Shown: positions 43,325 to 53,599 of the stretch, one piece after another
How positions within the stretch are numbered: the stretch's first letter is position 1
How the letters are laid out: each line of letters starts with the position of its first letter
NCBI GenBank assembly: GCA_043806015.1
Contig: JAZDHH010000008.1
Span: 37,695 to 101,694 of the forward strand
Direction of reading: 5' to 3'
Length of the DNA: 64,000 nucleotides
Source: Nanobdellota archaeon
GTDB lineage: Archaea; Nanobdellota; Nanobdellia; Woesearchaeales; JAHIVG01
The notes under the pieces: generated by a model
The model's database searches: none
Told to the model about the DNA's origin: nothing
Seen by the model: the letters and a program-made list of their open reading frames with translations, nothing else
Made by a program: the position numbers and the translations under genes

Positions 43325-43921
43325 ATGCTGGGAAAGCATCTTCGTCCCCTGGAGCGGCGCATCTTCGAGCGGCTCACGCCAAAGGTCGCCATCCATCCGA
43401 ACACGGTCTCCCTGCTCACCGTACCGCCCGCAGCGCTCTCTGTGTATTTCCTCGCCCGGTCCAACTTTCTGGCGGCGGGGCTGCTGATCCTGCTGTCGCT
43501 CATCCTCGACATGATGGATGGCGCGCTCGCGCGCGCAGGGAAGAGAGCGACGCCTTTCGGCGCCTACCTTGACCCGATGATGGACAAGCTCGTCGAGTTC
43601 TGCGTCTACCTCGGCCTGTTCCTGGCCGGCTTCCCCCTGGAGGCGTTCCTCGCCTTCAACGGCATCCTGCTGATCGGCGCGGCCAAGGCCTGGGCCTACA
43701 CGGTCGTCCCTGGCAAGAACGAGGACTGGCCTTCCATCGGCGAGCGCTCGGAGCGCTACCTGCTCCTGTTCCTTTCCTTCGCGCTCGCGATTGCCGGGCT
43801 GTCGTTCTTCGGCCAACACCCGGTAAAATTGGTCCTTTGGCTCATCATCATCCTCGTCGCCATCGGCACGCTGCAAAGGATGCTGTTCGCGAAGCGGCTA
43901 ATTGAGAATAGGAAGCAGTGA
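43325..43921 (+). CDS. CDP-alcohol phosphatidyltransferase family protein (archaetidyl-serine/inositol-phosphate synthase-like)
   Basis: DMMDGALARAGKRATPFGAYLDPMMDKL matches D(x)2DG(x)2AR(x)8G(x)3D(x)3D. The protein is multi-pass membrane. Confidence 0.85.
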   Translation: MLGKHLRPLERRIFERLTPKVAIHPNTVSLLTVPPAALSVYFLARSNFLAAGLLILLSLILDMMDGALARAGKRATPFGAYLDPMMDKLVEFCVYLGLFLAGFPLEAFLAFNGILLIGAAKAWAYTVVPGKNEDWPSIGERSERYLLLFLSFALAIAGLSFFGQHPVKLVLWLIIILVAIGTLQRMLFAKRLIENRKQ

Positions 43922-44243
43922 GTTCAAGGCCGTCTTCGTACGGCTTCATCGAGTGCCGGACGGCGCTGATCCATTCCACTGCGAGCGCGGAAGCACTATC
44001 GAATTCTTGATTCCTGATAAGGTCCTTGTACCTGTTCAGGCGATCGTCTGCGGTGCCAGGGAAAGAAATATCCTCTTCGATTTCATCGCAGAGGGCAGCC
44101 GGGATTGCCTGATCGAAGATGATTTTGAGCCTTGCCTCGGCACGCCTGCGGACATGCTTGCTCGGGGATGAAAGGAGTGCGGGAAGGCCGACAAGAGGTA
44201 CGAGGGCGGCCTCGAGCTCTCGCAATTGGGCGTTCTCGCTCAT
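43848..44243 (-). CDS. Hypothetical protein occupying the position after S7 (doubtful)
   Basis: 131-aa ORF whose ATG overlaps the S7 stop (ATGA). Its 3' end overlaps the convergent gene by 74 nt. No motif is recognisable. Confidence 0.3.
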   Translation of the reverse strand: MSENAQLRELEAALVPLVGLPALLSSPSKHVRRRAEARLKIIFDQAIPAALCDEIEEDISFPGTADDRLNRYKDLIRNQEFDSASALAVEWISAVRHSMKPYEDGLELTASYSQLAASRTASFAACRWRRG

Positions 44244-44842
44244 CTGCTCGCGTCAGCCTGGCGTTCGAGCTCGAGCTTCTTGGTTATCGAGTTCGAGTTC
44301 GGGCTGAGGTAGAAGGCGTTCAGGATCTCGTCAGCCAGGACCTGCGCGATGCCGCGCTTGGCGTTGAAGCTCTTGTGGAACGCTCCCTGCGTCATGGTCC
44401 GGATGGCGACATCGATCCTGCGCTGCGGGGCGCACTCGACCGCCTTGGGATAGCGCGCGCCGCCGTACTCGATGGAGATGATCTCCTCGCGGGGAGCAGC
44501 GTTCTCGATGGCCTTGACGAAAACCTTGAGCGGGTTCTGCTTGGACTTAGCCTCGACGATGGTCAGGATCTCCTGCAAGAGGTTGTAGGCGGTGTAGCCC
44601 TTGCCGCTCATGTGATAGCTGGTCTTGAAGTGCTTCTTGCTCTTGTGGCCCGGGATCATGATCTTGTTCATGAAGCGCTCGACGATGAAGCAGCGCGACT
44701 TGTGGAACCGGTTGCCAGCGTAGGTAGCGCCAGTCCTCGGCACGATGCGCGGCTCGAGGCAGAGATAGCGCTGCAATCCCTGGTCTTCCACCTTGATGCC
44801 TTCCATACTCCAGCGGTTGAATACTTTTATCATCATGATCAC
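44240..44842 (-). CDS. rps7: 30S ribosomal protein S7 (uS7)
   Basis: ...[19 protein letters not shown]......[38 protein letters not shown] is archaeal uS7. The position after S12 fits. Confidence 0.95.
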   Translation of the reverse strand: MIMMIKVFNRWSMEGIKVEDQGLQRYLCLEPRIVPRTGATYAGNRFHKSRCFIVERFMNKIMIPGHKSKKHFKTSYHMSGKGYTAYNLLQEILTIVEAKSKQNPLKVFVKAIENAAPREEIISIEYGGARYPKAVECAPQRRIDVAIRTMTQGAFHKSFNAKRGIAQVLADEILNAFYLSPNSNSITKKLELERQADASR

Positions 44843-45276
44843 TTACGTGCCTTCTCGACCCGGCCCTTTCGCAAGGCCAGAAGGCTTTGGTCGTTCACCT
44901 TGATTACCTGCCATCGCACGCCTGGGATGTCGCCCTTCGCGCCACCCATGGCGCCGCCGATGCTCTCCACGATGACCTCGTCATGCTCGTCGATCAGCTT
45001 GATGGCGCCGTCGCCGGGGCAGAACGCGGAGATCTGCTTGCTGTTCTTGATGAGCTGGACGCGGACGCACTTGCGCATGGCCGAATTGGGCTGCTTGGCC
45101 TCGAGCTGGATCTTCTCGAGCACGATGCCTTTGGCCTGGGGCGCCCCCTCGAGGGGGTCGGACTTCTTCTTGAGGAACAAAGCCTTCTGGACGTATTTCT
45201 TGTCGGCCCAGCGGCCCTTCCTGCGCCTGCGCGCGAGCTTCTTCCCGGCGAACAAGCCGTTTGATTTTTTTCCCAT
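44839..45276 (-). CDS. rps12: 30S ribosomal protein S12 (uS12)
   Basis: ...[35 protein letters not shown]...FCPGDGA......[14 protein letters not shown]. Confidence 0.95.
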   Translation of the reverse strand: MGKKSNGLFAGKKLARRRRKGRWADKKYVQKALFLKKKSDPLEGAPQAKGIVLEKIQLEAKQPNSAMRKCVRVQLIKNSKQISAFCPGDGAIKLIDEHDEVIVESIGGAMGGAKGDIPGVRWQVIKVNDQSLLALRKGRVEKARK

Positions 45277-45692
45277 TATGCTACCTCGATGGATTCGACG
45301 GGGAAATACCGCTTGACGATCTCATTGAGGCTGCGGAGCCGGTGGCCCTCGCGTCCGATGAGAATGCCCTTGGCAGCGGTATCCGCCCCCACGATAGTGA
45401 TGCGATTCCCTTCGTTCCGTATCTCCTTCGGCTGAAGGGGATACACCATGTTCCTGACGAATTGCGCGACGTCAGGATGAAATTCTACTATTTTAATCTT
45501 TCTGTTGAGGGTGCGCTCGAGCAGGTGGACGTTTTGCCCTCCCCGGCCGATGGCCTTCCCGATCTGCGTCTCGGCGACCACGAAGGTGAGGGCCTGCCCT
45601 TCCTCGATGCAGTCCTTGACCTGCGTCTGGGTGAGGTTCTCGAAGATGGTGATGCACTGCATCAGAGCCGCATCATACTTGATGCGCGTCAT
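45276..45692 (-). CDS. nusA: Archaeal NusA-like KH-domain transcription termination factor
   Basis: Two KH motifs ([12 protein letters not shown] and [11 protein letters not shown]). The start was set at the ATG at 45692, which overlaps the L30e stop (ATGA). Confidence 0.9.
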   Translation of the reverse strand: MTRIKYDAALMQCITIFENLTQTQVKDCIEEGQALTFVVAETQIGKAIGRGGQNVHLLERTLNRKIKIVEFHPDVAQFVRNMVYPLQPKEIRNEGNRITIVGADTAAKGILIGREGHRLRSLNEIVKRYFPVESIEVA

Positions 45693-45970
45693 CGAGAGAG
45701 GCCCAAGACCTGCACGGAGTACGGCTTCTTGCACAGGGTGCCTATCTCGTCGCTGGGGTATTCCAGGGCGACGACCTCGGCGCCCGCGAGCTTGGCGTAG
45801 CGCTCGATGTCCTCCCGGACCAGGGCATTGCAGTTCTGGGTGATGTAGGCCTTGCGGAGCCTGCCTTTCTTCAGGGCTGCCACAGTCTCCTTGGTGCCGA
45901 GGATGATCTTGCCAGCCTCGAGCTGCTTCTTGATCTCCGTGATCGTGGTATCCAATGCTTTCTTTGCCAT
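45689..45970 (-). CDS. rpl30e: 50S ribosomal protein L30e
   Basis: MAKKALDTTITEIKKQLEAGKIILGTKETVAALKKGRLRKAYITQNC... The ATG at 45970 lies 4 nt after the rpoA'' stop. The longer ORF prefix is R/S-rich and was discarded. Confidence 0.9.
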   Translation of the reverse strand: MAKKALDTTITEIKKQLEAGKIILGTKETVAALKKGRLRKAYITQNCNALVREDIERYAKLAGAEVVALEYPSDEIGTLCKKPYSVQVLGLSR

Positions 45971-45974
45971 GATT

Positions 45975-47105
45975 TCACCTTGTCTTTGTAACCAGGCCGG
46001 GCAACCCGGTGCCGACAGGCACCGGCTGGTTGAGCATGACGTTCTCCACCACCGAGGTGAGCTTGTCCGTCTCCCCGACCAGGGAAGCCTCGATGATGTG
46101 CTTGATGGGGGTCTCGAAGCTCGCCCGCGCCAGGACGCTGCTCTTGTCCGACACGATGCCATACCTCGTGACGCCCTTGATCGTTCCCGTGGTGCACATC
46201 GTGTCCGAGACCAGCATGATGTGGCGCACGTCCACGTTGAGGCCCTGGCTCTCGATGACCTTGAACACCTCGTTGATGATGGCCTGCCGCGCCGCCTCGA
46301 TGCCCAGCACGTCCTCGATCTCGGCGATGCTGTTGGTGGTTGTCCTGGCCGTGTCCACGAAGTCGAGCTGCAGCACCTCGTTGAGGTTTGTCCCGGCGGT
46401 GATGATGACGAACTCGTCCTCGCGCTTCACGGGGAGCACCTGGTGGATGCCCTTGACGCCCTTGACATAGAGCTCCTTGAGCTTCTCCTTGAGGCGGTAG
46501 ATCTCGTTGAGCGTGTCGTCCTTGCCGCGCAGCTTGAGCGTGATGACGTCCTTCTCCTCCTTCTTGACGCCGACGTTCTTGGTGTTGGTCTCGATGATCT
46601 TGATGATGGACGAGGGGATCAGGTCGAGGTCCTTCATGCGGTCCGGGTTGAGCCGGATGTCGACCGTGCTCTCGGCGATGTTGATGATAAACTCATGGAT
46701 CACGTCCCTGAGCTTGGTCTCCTTGACGCGCTCCGCGATCAGCTTGATGTCCTTGCCCGAGGAATAGGGGTGCTTGAGGTAGATCTCCATCATCGGGGTT
46801 ACTGGAGCCTTGCGGCCGTCGAGGATCTCGATGATGCGGGGGAGGCCGGTCGTGACGTTCATCTCGGCGACGCCGGCGAAGTGGAACGTGTTGAGGGTCA
46901 TCTGCGTTCCCGGCTCGCCGATGCTCTCGGCGGAGACGAGGCCGACGGATTCTCCCGGCTCGACCTGGGCGTTGCGGAACTCCTCTTCCACGTGGCGGAA
47001 GACCTCGTTGGTCTTGCCCTGGCCCATCTTGGGCAGGTGCTCCCGCAGGTCTTCGAGGACCCGCTTGGGCAGCTTCTCTTTGTAGTCGTCGTAAGGATCG
47101 CTCAT
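45975..47105 (-). CDS. rpoA2: DNA-directed RNA polymerase subunit A''
   Basis: 376 aa with ...[36 protein letters not shown]... It has a 4-nt overlap with rpoA'. Confidence 0.95.
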   Translation of the reverse strand: MSDPYDDYKEKLPKRVLEDLREHLPKMGQGKTNEVFRHVEEEFRNAQVEPGESVGLVSAESIGEPGTQMTLNTFHFAGVAEMNVTTGLPRIIEILDGRKAPVTPMMEIYLKHPYSSGKDIKLIAERVKETKLRDVIHEFIINIAESTVDIRLNPDRMKDLDLIPSSIIKIIETNTKNVGVKKEEKDVITLKLRGKDDTLNEIYRLKEKLKELYVKGVKGIHQVLPVKREDEFVIITAGTNLNEVLQLDFVDTARTTTNSIAEIEDVLGIEAARQAIINEVFKVIESQGLNVDVRHIMLVSDTMCTTGTIKGVTRYGIVSDKSSVLARASFETPIKHIIEASLVGETDKLTSVVENVMLNQPVPVGTGLPGLVTKTR

Positions 47106-49807
47106 TTTTCCTCACCCACCAGCTCGATGATGCGCTTGACGTTGATCTGGCCGTTCTCGGACTTGGAGACGTCGATGCCGTCCTCGCCGTAGGAGAACTG
47201 CACGATCCTGCCGCTCGCGTCGCGCACGGTATGGTCATACTCGACTTTGAGGTCCTGCAGCGCGTTCGCCAGCCGGCGATAGAGGTAGCCGGACTTGGGC
47301 GTGCGCAGCGCCGTGTCCATGAGGGAGTCTCGCCCGGTGATCCCCATGAAGAAGAACTCGGCAGGGGTGAGGCCGGACTTGAAGCCGTTCTTGATGAATC
47401 CTCTCGATTCGGGGGAGACATCGTTCTTCCTGAAGCAGGAGAGCGTCCTTCCGCGGTAGCCCTTCTCGATGCGCTTGCCGCGCATGGCTTGCTGGCCGAC
47501 GCAGGCGGCCATCTGGGCGAGGTTGAGCAGGTTGCCTCTCGCCCCTGACTGCGCCATGATCATGGAGCAGCTGTGCTGGTCGCTCTCTGCGATGACGACC
47601 TTGCCGGACTCGTTCCTGGCCTTGTTGAGCAGCTCGAGCAGCTTCAGCTCGAGGGTCTCGGCGGCGCTCCTGCCCGGGAAAGCCTCCAATTTGCCTTCCT
47701 TGAAGTGCTGGATGAGGTCATCGGAGTCCTTCTCTGCCTTGGCCATTATATCAGTAATATGCTGCCTCGCGCTCGGGGGCAGGTCGGTGTCAGTGAGCGT
47801 TACGGTGAAGCCGGTGCGGAGCAGCACTTTGATGCCGAGCCGGAACATCTTGCCCAGGATCTCGATGGTCCTGTCCGCGCCGTACTTCTTGTGCAGGTTC
47901 CTGAGGAGCAGCCCTGATTCCTCGCCGAGGTTGTTCTTGTCCATGACGCCGGAGATGAGCTTGCCGTTCTTAATCACCACCAGGGTGTCCTCGTTCTCCT
48001 TATCTTTCTTGTAGCCGCGGGCATAGCCGAGGAAATTGAAGTCCTCGGGGATGAGCGCGCTGAAGATCTCGCGGCCGGTGATGTTCTCCTTCCGGGGGAT
48101 GCGCGAGAAATTGTCCTCGCCGATGGACGCGAGGAGGGCGACAGCGTCGGCGCGCGGCATCGTGAGGCTTTTCGTCAGGATGAAGTTGCCCGAGATGGCG
48201 TCCTGCATGCAGCCCATGACGCTCAGGCCGTACCTCGGGGAGATCAGCTGGGTCTGCACCTCCATGAGGATCTCCGCCTCCGCCCTGGCTTCCTCGGTCT
48301 GCGGGATATGGAGGTTCATCTCGTCGCCGTCGAAGTCCGCGTTGTACGGGTGGCAGACGGCGGGGTTGAGGCGCAGCGTGCGGAAGGGCAGCACCCTGAC
48401 GCGGTGGCACATCATCGACATGCGGTGCAGGCTGGGCTGGCGGTTGAAGATGGCGATGTCGCCGTCCATGAGATGGCGCTCAACGGTGTAGCCGGGCTGC
48501 AGCTCCTCCAGGAGCTGCTCCTTGGTCTCGTCGGTGATCTTCTTCTTCTTGCCGTCCGGCCGGACGATGTAGTTCGCGCCCGGGTACACGGCCGGCCCCT
48601 TCTGCACGAAGGACTTGAGGAACTCGAAGTTCCAGTCGTTGATGCGCTCGGGCACCGTCAGCTTCATGGCGATGATGAGGGGCACCCCGACTTCGTTGAG
48701 CTTGATGAGCGGGTCAGGGCTGATGACTGTCCTGGCCGAGAAGTTGGTGCGCTTGCCCGCGAGGTTGTGCCGGATGCGGCCTTCCTTGCTCTTGATGCGC
48801 TCGGTGAGCGTCTTGAGCGGCTGGCCGCTGCGGTGGCGCGCCGGCGGCAGCTGGGCGATGTTGTTGTCGAAGAACGTGGTGATGTGGTACTGGAGCAGGT
48901 CCCAGAGGTCCTCGATGATGATCTCGGGGGCGCCCGCGTTGATGTTCTCGAAGAGGCGCTGGTTGATCCTGACGATGTCGCCCAGTTTGTGGGTGAGGTC
49001 GTCTTCCGAGCGCTCGCCGCTCTCCAGCGTTATGCTGGGCCTCATGGTCACTGGAGGAATAGGCATGACGGTGAGCACCATCCATTCCGGCCGCACGATA
49101 TGGGGATTGATGCCGAAGACCTCGAGGTCCTCGTCCGGGATGCGCTCCATCCGGGTGCGCACCTCGATGGGGCTGATGCGCTTGTCGTTCTCCACGAAGG
49201 TCGTGGGCTTCTCCATGGCAATCTTGTGCTGGCGCGCCCGGCAGTGGGGGCACTTGTTCTGCGTCTTGAGCATGGAGATCATTTCGCGGATCTTCTCACG
49301 GCGAGCTTCGAGGCCGAACTCGTTCTCGATCTGCTTGAGCACGGCGACGAAGCTGCTGATCCGGTTCTTGGGGATGAGGATGTGGCCGCATTCGCGGCAG
49401 GTGCAGCGGAGCAGCGTGTAGACGATGGTGACGAACTTGACGTGGATGGTCGGACGGGCGAGCTCGATGTAGCCGAAATGGCCGGGGCATTCCTTGAGCT
49501 TCTGGCCGCAGGTCTTGCATTTCAGGCCCGGGTCGATGACGCCGAGGCGGACGTCCATGAGCCCGCCGTCGACAGGATAGCCTTCCTTGTCGTACAGCTC
49601 TGGGGTCACGATCTTGGCGGATGACATCTTCTTGATGAGCTTGGGCGACAAAACGCCGAAGATGATGCTGTCCACCTTCTTGAACACGTGCGGCTCCTCA
49701 TCGATGCGCTCGCTCTTATCGTCCTTCTCTTCGACGGGCATCTCGGGGAGCACTGCGTCCTGGGTTTCCGCTTCCGGCCGGGTTGTTTCCTCTTCCATAG
49801 TGAGCAC
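47102..49807 (-). CDS. rpoA1: DNA-directed RNA polymerase subunit A'
   Basis: 901 aa with the zinc motifs [16 protein letters not shown] and the catalytic [10 protein letters not shown]. The start is the GTG at 49807, or alternatively the ATG at 49798. Confidence 0.95.
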   Translation of the reverse strand: MLTMEEETTRPEAETQDAVLPEMPVEEKDDKSERIDEEPHVFKKVDSIIFGVLSPKLIKKMSSAKIVTPELYDKEGYPVDGGLMDVRLGVIDPGLKCKTCGQKLKECPGHFGYIELARPTIHVKFVTIVYTLLRCTCRECGHILIPKNRISSFVAVLKQIENEFGLEARREKIREMISMLKTQNKCPHCRARQHKIAMEKPTTFVENDKRISPIEVRTRMERIPDEDLEVFGINPHIVRPEWMVLTVMPIPPVTMRPSITLESGERSEDDLTHKLGDIVRINQRLFENINAGAPEIIIEDLWDLLQYHITTFFDNNIAQLPPARHRSGQPLKTLTERIKSKEGRIRHNLAGKRTNFSARTVISPDPLIKLNEVGVPLIIAMKLTVPERINDWNFEFLKSFVQKGPAVYPGANYIVRPDGKKKKITDETKEQLLEELQPGYTVERHLMDGDIAIFNRQPSLHRMSMMCHRVRVLPFRTLRLNPAVCHPYNADFDGDEMNLHIPQTEEARAEAEILMEVQTQLISPRYGLSVMGCMQDAISGNFILTKSLTMPRADAVALLASIGEDNFSRIPRKENITGREIFSALIPEDFNFLGYARGYKKDKENEDTLVVIKNGKLISGVMDKNNLGEESGLLLRNLHKKYGADRTIEILGKMFRLGIKVLLRTGFTVTLTDTDLPPSARQHITDIMAKAEKDSDDLIQHFKEGKLEAFPGRSAAETLELKLLELLNKARNESGKVVIAESDQHSCSMIMAQSGARGNLLNLAQMAACVGQQAMRGKRIEKGYRGRTLSCFRKNDVSPESRGFIKNGFKSGLTPAEFFFMGITGRDSLMDTALRTPKSGYLYRRLANALQDLKVEYDHTVRDASGRIVQFSYGEDGIDVSKSENGQINVKRIIELVGEEK

Positions 49808-51610
49808 CTAATACTTGTTTTTCAGGGTGAGCTTGGGGTAGATGCACAGGCTCTTCAGCTCGTCCAGCAGCAGCTTGAAGGCGTAGCTGATCTCGATGTT
49901 GCTGATCTCCGCAGCGTCGCCATAGATCGGGCAGTAGCTGCGCTTCTTGAACTCGTCCTGGATCGCGATGAGCCCTGACTGCTCGCTCACCGGGATGATG
50001 GTCCTGTCCGAGTCGAAGCGCTCCTTGAGCAGCAGGCTCGCGCCATGAGCGACAAAAGTGTCCTTCTCCATCTCGCCGAGGCGCAGGCCGCCTTCCTTGG
50101 CCCTGCCCTCGGTCGGCTGCCTCGTGAGCAGCTGCACCGGGCCGCGTGCCCTGGAGTGGAGCTTGTTGGCGACCATGTGCTTGAGCTTCAGGTAATACAT
50201 GTTGCCGACGAAGATCTTGGTGGTGAACCGCTCTCCGGTGACGCCGTTGTACATCGTCTCTGTGCCGTTCTCGATGAAGCCGAAGCTGGCGAGCTGCTTG
50301 CGCAGGTCCGTCTCCTTCTCCGAATGGAATGTGGTGGCGTCGATGTACCTGCCGCTGAGGGCGCCCACCTTGCCGGCGACCAGCTCGATGAGATGCGAGA
50401 TGGTCATCCTGCTCGGGATGCCGTGCGGAGAGAAGAGGAGGTCAGGCACGATGCCGGACGCCGTGAAGGGCATGTCCTCTGCGGGCACGATTAAGCCTAC
50501 AACGCCTTTCTGGCCGTGGCGGCTGGTGAACTTGTCGCCGATCTCGGGGATGCGCTGGTCGCGGAGGCGGACCTGGACGAGCTTGTTGCCCTCATCGTTC
50601 TCGGTGAGCATGACGAAGTCGACGACGCCCTGCTCGCCGTGCTTCAGGCCGACCGAGCTCTCGCGGCGCACGTTGCTCGTGAGGTTGTACTCGTCGAGGC
50701 TGCTCAGGAACCTTGGCGGGGAAGTCTTGCCGATGATGACGTCCCCTTCCGCGACCTTCGCCTCCGGGAAGATGATGCCGTCCTCCTCGAGGAAGCGGTA
50801 GTCGCGTTCGCTCTTGTAGCCCTTGACTTCCTTGTCCGGGATGCAGATCTGGTCGATGAGGCCGCCGGAGTAGCGGAGCTCCTCGGCGATGGCCGGCCGG
50901 TAGTAGGTGGATCTCCCCAGGCCGCGCTCGATGCTGGCCTTGTTCAGGACGACCGCGTCCTCCATGTTGTAGCCCTCGTAGCTCATGATGGCCACCACAA
51001 TGTTCTGGCCAGCGGGATGCTCCTCGTACTTGGTGATGTCATGCATCACGGTCTTGACAATGGGGATCTGGGGGTTGATGAGTAGGTTGACGTCCATGTC
51101 CATGCGCACGAAGAAGTTCGAGGCGTAGAAGCCGAGCGCCTGCTTCTGGTTCTTGGAGCCGGCATTGAGCCTGGTGCTCTGGTTGTGGTTGCCGTAGGGA
51201 ACGAGGCTGGTGCACAGGCTGACCATTGCCAGGGGAGTAACCTCCAGGTGGGTGTGCTGGGGCGTGAGGTCGCTTTCGAAGAACGCGACGAGGGCGTTCT
51301 CCTCCTCTGCGGCGTCGAGGTATTCGATGATGCCCTGGCCGACAAGGTCGCTCCAGGAGATCTCGTTCTTGGAGAGCTGCTCGAAGTGCTTGTCGGTGAT
51401 CAGCGGGATACCGTCCTTGACCACGATGAGGGGCCGCCTGACGCGGCCGCGGTTGGACTCGAGGTAGACGTCGTTCTCCTCCTCGTTGAAGTGGAGGTTG
51501 AGGTTCAGGAACGCCTTGTTCTTGCGTCGCTCCAGGAGGATGCGGTCGATGAACTCCTTCGGGTTGTCGGCGACGCCGACGAACTTGCCGTTGAGGTAGA
51601 CGTCGCTCAT
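49808..51610 (-). CDS. rpoB1: DNA-directed RNA polymerase subunit B' (C-terminal part of the split B subunit)
   Basis: 600 aa with ...SRHGQKGVVG..., ...GEMEKD... and a C-terminal Zn region. Confidence 0.95.
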   Translation of the reverse strand: MSDVYLNGKFVGVADNPKEFIDRILLERRKNKAFLNLNLHFNEEENDVYLESNRGRVRRPLIVVKDGIPLITDKHFEQLSKNEISWSDLVGQGIIEYLDAAEEENALVAFFESDLTPQHTHLEVTPLAMVSLCTSLVPYGNHNQSTRLNAGSKNQKQALGFYASNFFVRMDMDVNLLINPQIPIVKTVMHDITKYEEHPAGQNIVVAIMSYEGYNMEDAVVLNKASIERGLGRSTYYRPAIAEELRYSGGLIDQICIPDKEVKGYKSERDYRFLEEDGIIFPEAKVAEGDVIIGKTSPPRFLSSLDEYNLTSNVRRESSVGLKHGEQGVVDFVMLTENDEGNKLVQVRLRDQRIPEIGDKFTSRHGQKGVVGLIVPAEDMPFTASGIVPDLLFSPHGIPSRMTISHLIELVAGKVGALSGRYIDATTFHSEKETDLRKQLASFGFIENGTETMYNGVTGERFTTKIFVGNMYYLKLKHMVANKLHSRARGPVQLLTRQPTEGRAKEGGLRLGEMEKDTFVAHGASLLLKERFDSDRTIIPVSEQSGLIAIQDEFKKRSYCPIYGDAAEISNIEISYAFKLLLDELKSLCIYPKLTLKNKY

Positions 51611-53097
51611 GCTCTCACCATCTTTAGACCGGAGGTCTTGAGCATCTTGAGGACCTCTTCCTCGTCCGCGTCCTGGGACACGGTCGCGAGCAGCGCGAGG
51701 TTCTTGCGCAGCCCGATGTTTGTTCCTTCTGGCGTCTCGATAGGGCAGAGCCTGCCGAGGTGCGTGGGATGCAGCTCCCGGGCCGCGAAGTTCTCCTGCG
51801 AGGCGCTCAGGGGAGAGACGACGCGCTGGAGATGGCTGAGGGTCTCGAGGAAGTTGAGGCGCTGGATGCGCTGGCTGATGCCCTTCCGGCCGCCGACCCA
51901 GACGCCGGTGGCCATGCTGCTGTAGATCCTGCTCGTGAGCAGCTTGTCCCTTATCACCACCTTGATGCTCGGGAACTTGCCGCGCTTCACGATGCGCTGG
52001 AAGTTGTAGAGGATGTCGCTGATGAGCACTTTGAGGTTGACCCGGAAGAGGTCGGCCATGAGGTCGCCGCTGAGCTTGAGGCGCTTGTTGTGGTAGTGGT
52101 CCTTGTCGTCCTGGGCGATCACGCCGTTCGCGACGAGGTTGTAGCGCTTGATGAGCTTGCAGAGGTTGTACGCCTTGAAGATGCGGTCCTCCTTGCTGAT
52201 CCCCAGGTGGGGGAGGAGGTAGCGGTCCAGGAGCTCGCGCATCCGGTCGATGCGGATGTCCCTGCTCTGGGTGATGCCGAGGCGCTTCGCCAGGTAATCG
52301 TAGGCGTCGTCCTCCTTCTTGATGCTGACGTACTCGTAGAGGTTGATGAGGACAGCGTCATCGGTCTGTGGGCCGCTCGCGGAGAAGCGCATGATGTCCT
52401 CGTCCTTGAGCAGGCCGAGCGCCTTGATGACCACGATGAGCGGCGCCCGCTTCACTCTGGTGAACGTGATGTAGAGGATGCCGTCCTTGTGCCGCTCGAT
52501 GGTGTGCGGGATCTTGAAGCTGCCGCGCTCGGAGAACATCTTGCCGACCCACTTCGACGGGCCGACGCTCGCGTCCTCGACGATGAACTTGTTCGCCGCG
52601 AGGTCCTCGATGTTGACGAGCACCTTCTCCGTGCCGTTGATGATGAAGTAGCCGCCGGGGTCGTCCGGGTCCTCGCCCTTCTCGATGAGCTCTTCGCGGC
52701 CCATCTTGGAGAGGTGGCAGTACTTGCTCTTGAGCATGATGGGCAGGTTGCCCACTTGGGTGGTGAAGCTCTCGCGCTGCACGCCGTTGATGTGCGCGCT
52801 CACTTCGATGAAGCAGGGCGCGGAGTAGGTGATCTTCCGGAGCCTGGCTTCGATGGGGAAGATTGGCCGCCTGCTGCCGTCCGCCTCCGTGATCTCCGGC
52901 TTGGTGACCCAGATCTTGTCGAGCCGGATCTTGAACTCGTCGATGTTGTGCGGGATGATCGTCGGCTCGATGTCACGGTTCTCCTCGATGATCAGCTGCA
53001 GCTCGTGGTCGATGAAGTTGTTGAAGCTCTCGATGTCGCTCTGCACCAGGGAGTTTTCTTCGAAGAACTTGGTGATGAGAATCTCGTGCTTAAGCAT
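51607..53097 (-). CDS. rpoB2: DNA-directed RNA polymerase subunit B'' (N-terminal part of the split B subunit)
   Basis: 496 aa ending ...LGRLCPIETPEGTNIGLRKNLA... It has 4-nt overlaps on both sides. Confidence 0.95.
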   Translation of the reverse strand: MLKHEILITKFFEENSLVQSDIESFNNFIDHELQLIIEENRDIEPTIIPHNIDEFKIRLDKIWVTKPEITEADGSRRPIFPIEARLRKITYSAPCFIEVSAHINGVQRESFTTQVGNLPIMLKSKYCHLSKMGREELIEKGEDPDDPGGYFIINGTEKVLVNIEDLAANKFIVEDASVGPSKWVGKMFSERGSFKIPHTIERHKDGILYITFTRVKRAPLIVVIKALGLLKDEDIMRFSASGPQTDDAVLINLYEYVSIKKEDDAYDYLAKRLGITQSRDIRIDRMRELLDRYLLPHLGISKEDRIFKAYNLCKLIKRYNLVANGVIAQDDKDHYHNKRLKLSGDLMADLFRVNLKVLISDILYNFQRIVKRGKFPSIKVVIRDKLLTSRIYSSMATGVWVGGRKGISQRIQRLNFLETLSHLQRVVSPLSASQENFAARELHPTHLGRLCPIETPEGTNIGLRKNLALLATVSQDADEEEVLKMLKTSGLKMVRA

Positions 53098-53332
53098 TGG
53101 TGACCACCCTGTAATAGACCGATTCTCCCGCAGTGGGGCTTTTGCGGATGATCTTGATGATGTCGCCGACCTCGGCGCCGAGGTCGTGCAGGGCGGGATC
53201 GCCCTTGATGATCTTGGGCAGCTCCTTAGGGGTGATCTGATACTTCTCGAGCAGGGTCTTTTTTTCCTTCTCCCCCACTTTCACGTGTTTTGGCACCAGG
53301 TCGTGTTTGCTGAGGTATATGCGCTTTTTCAT
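53090..53332 (-). CDS. rpoH: DNA-directed RNA polymerase subunit H
   Basis: MKKRIYLSKHDLVPKHVKV...LPKIIKGDPALHDLGAEVGDIIKIIRKSPTAGESVYYRVV. The start was set at the ATG at 53332 because the longer ORF would overlap tRNA-Lys. Confidence 0.9.
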   Translation of the reverse strand: MKKRIYLSKHDLVPKHVKVGEKEKKTLLEKYQITPKELPKIIKGDPALHDLGAEVGDIIKIIRKSPTAGESVYYRVVTNA

Positions 53333-53355
53333 GCATCTTCCTCCGAGGAAATGCA

Positions 53356-53560
53356 CGGGCCGGACGAGACTTTCGTCGCCTTTCACGGCTTTTCGTAAAA
53401 GGCGCTTCGAACTCGCGACTCCCGCATTAAAAGTGCGGTGCTCTGCTGCCCGAGATCTCCGGATGAGATTTTCAAAGCCGTTTTTTCATCCGATAAGGCT
53501 GAATAAAGGCTTATTGAGTGTATCTCAAGCGGTAATCGCTCCAGGCTGAGCTACCGGCCC
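53356..53560 (-). tRNA. tRNA-Lys(UUU) with two non-canonical introns (~95 nt in the D-loop; 36 nt in the T-loop at 59/60)
   Basis: Acceptor GGGCCGG/CCGGCCC. D arm GCTC-AGCCTGG[intron]CA-GAGC. Anticodon arm CCGCA-CTTTTAA-TGCGG. T arm GCGAG-TTCGAA[intron]T-CTCGT. Exons are 53560-53541, 53445-53406 and 53369-53356, giving 74 nt mature. The exact D-loop junction is uncertain. Confidence 0.75.
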
Positions 53561-53571
53561 GTTTGTGCATT

Positions 53572-53594
53572 TTAATCATCCTTTGGATGATTAA
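53572..53594. repeat. Perfect 10-bp inverted repeat TTAATCATCC-TTT-GGATGATTAA between tRNA-Asp and tRNA-Lys
   Basis: Read directly. It may be a processing or termination hairpin or a pair of AT-rich promoter boxes. Confidence 0.8.
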
Positions 53595-53599
53595 ATAAA

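Noticed and set aside
45852-53103. Plus-strand ORFs of 240-447 aa (45852-47192, 48308-49624, 51185-51925, 51760-53103) across the RNA polymerase operon
   Set aside because: They are antisense to unmistakable rpoA'', rpoA', rpoB' and rpoB'' genes and result from GC-driven open frames.
53333-53386. N-terminal extension of rpoH (98-aa ORF), and ORF 53307-53549
   Set aside because: They would overlap the 3' exon and T-loop intron of tRNA-Lys. The conserved RpoH sequence begins at the ATG at 53332.
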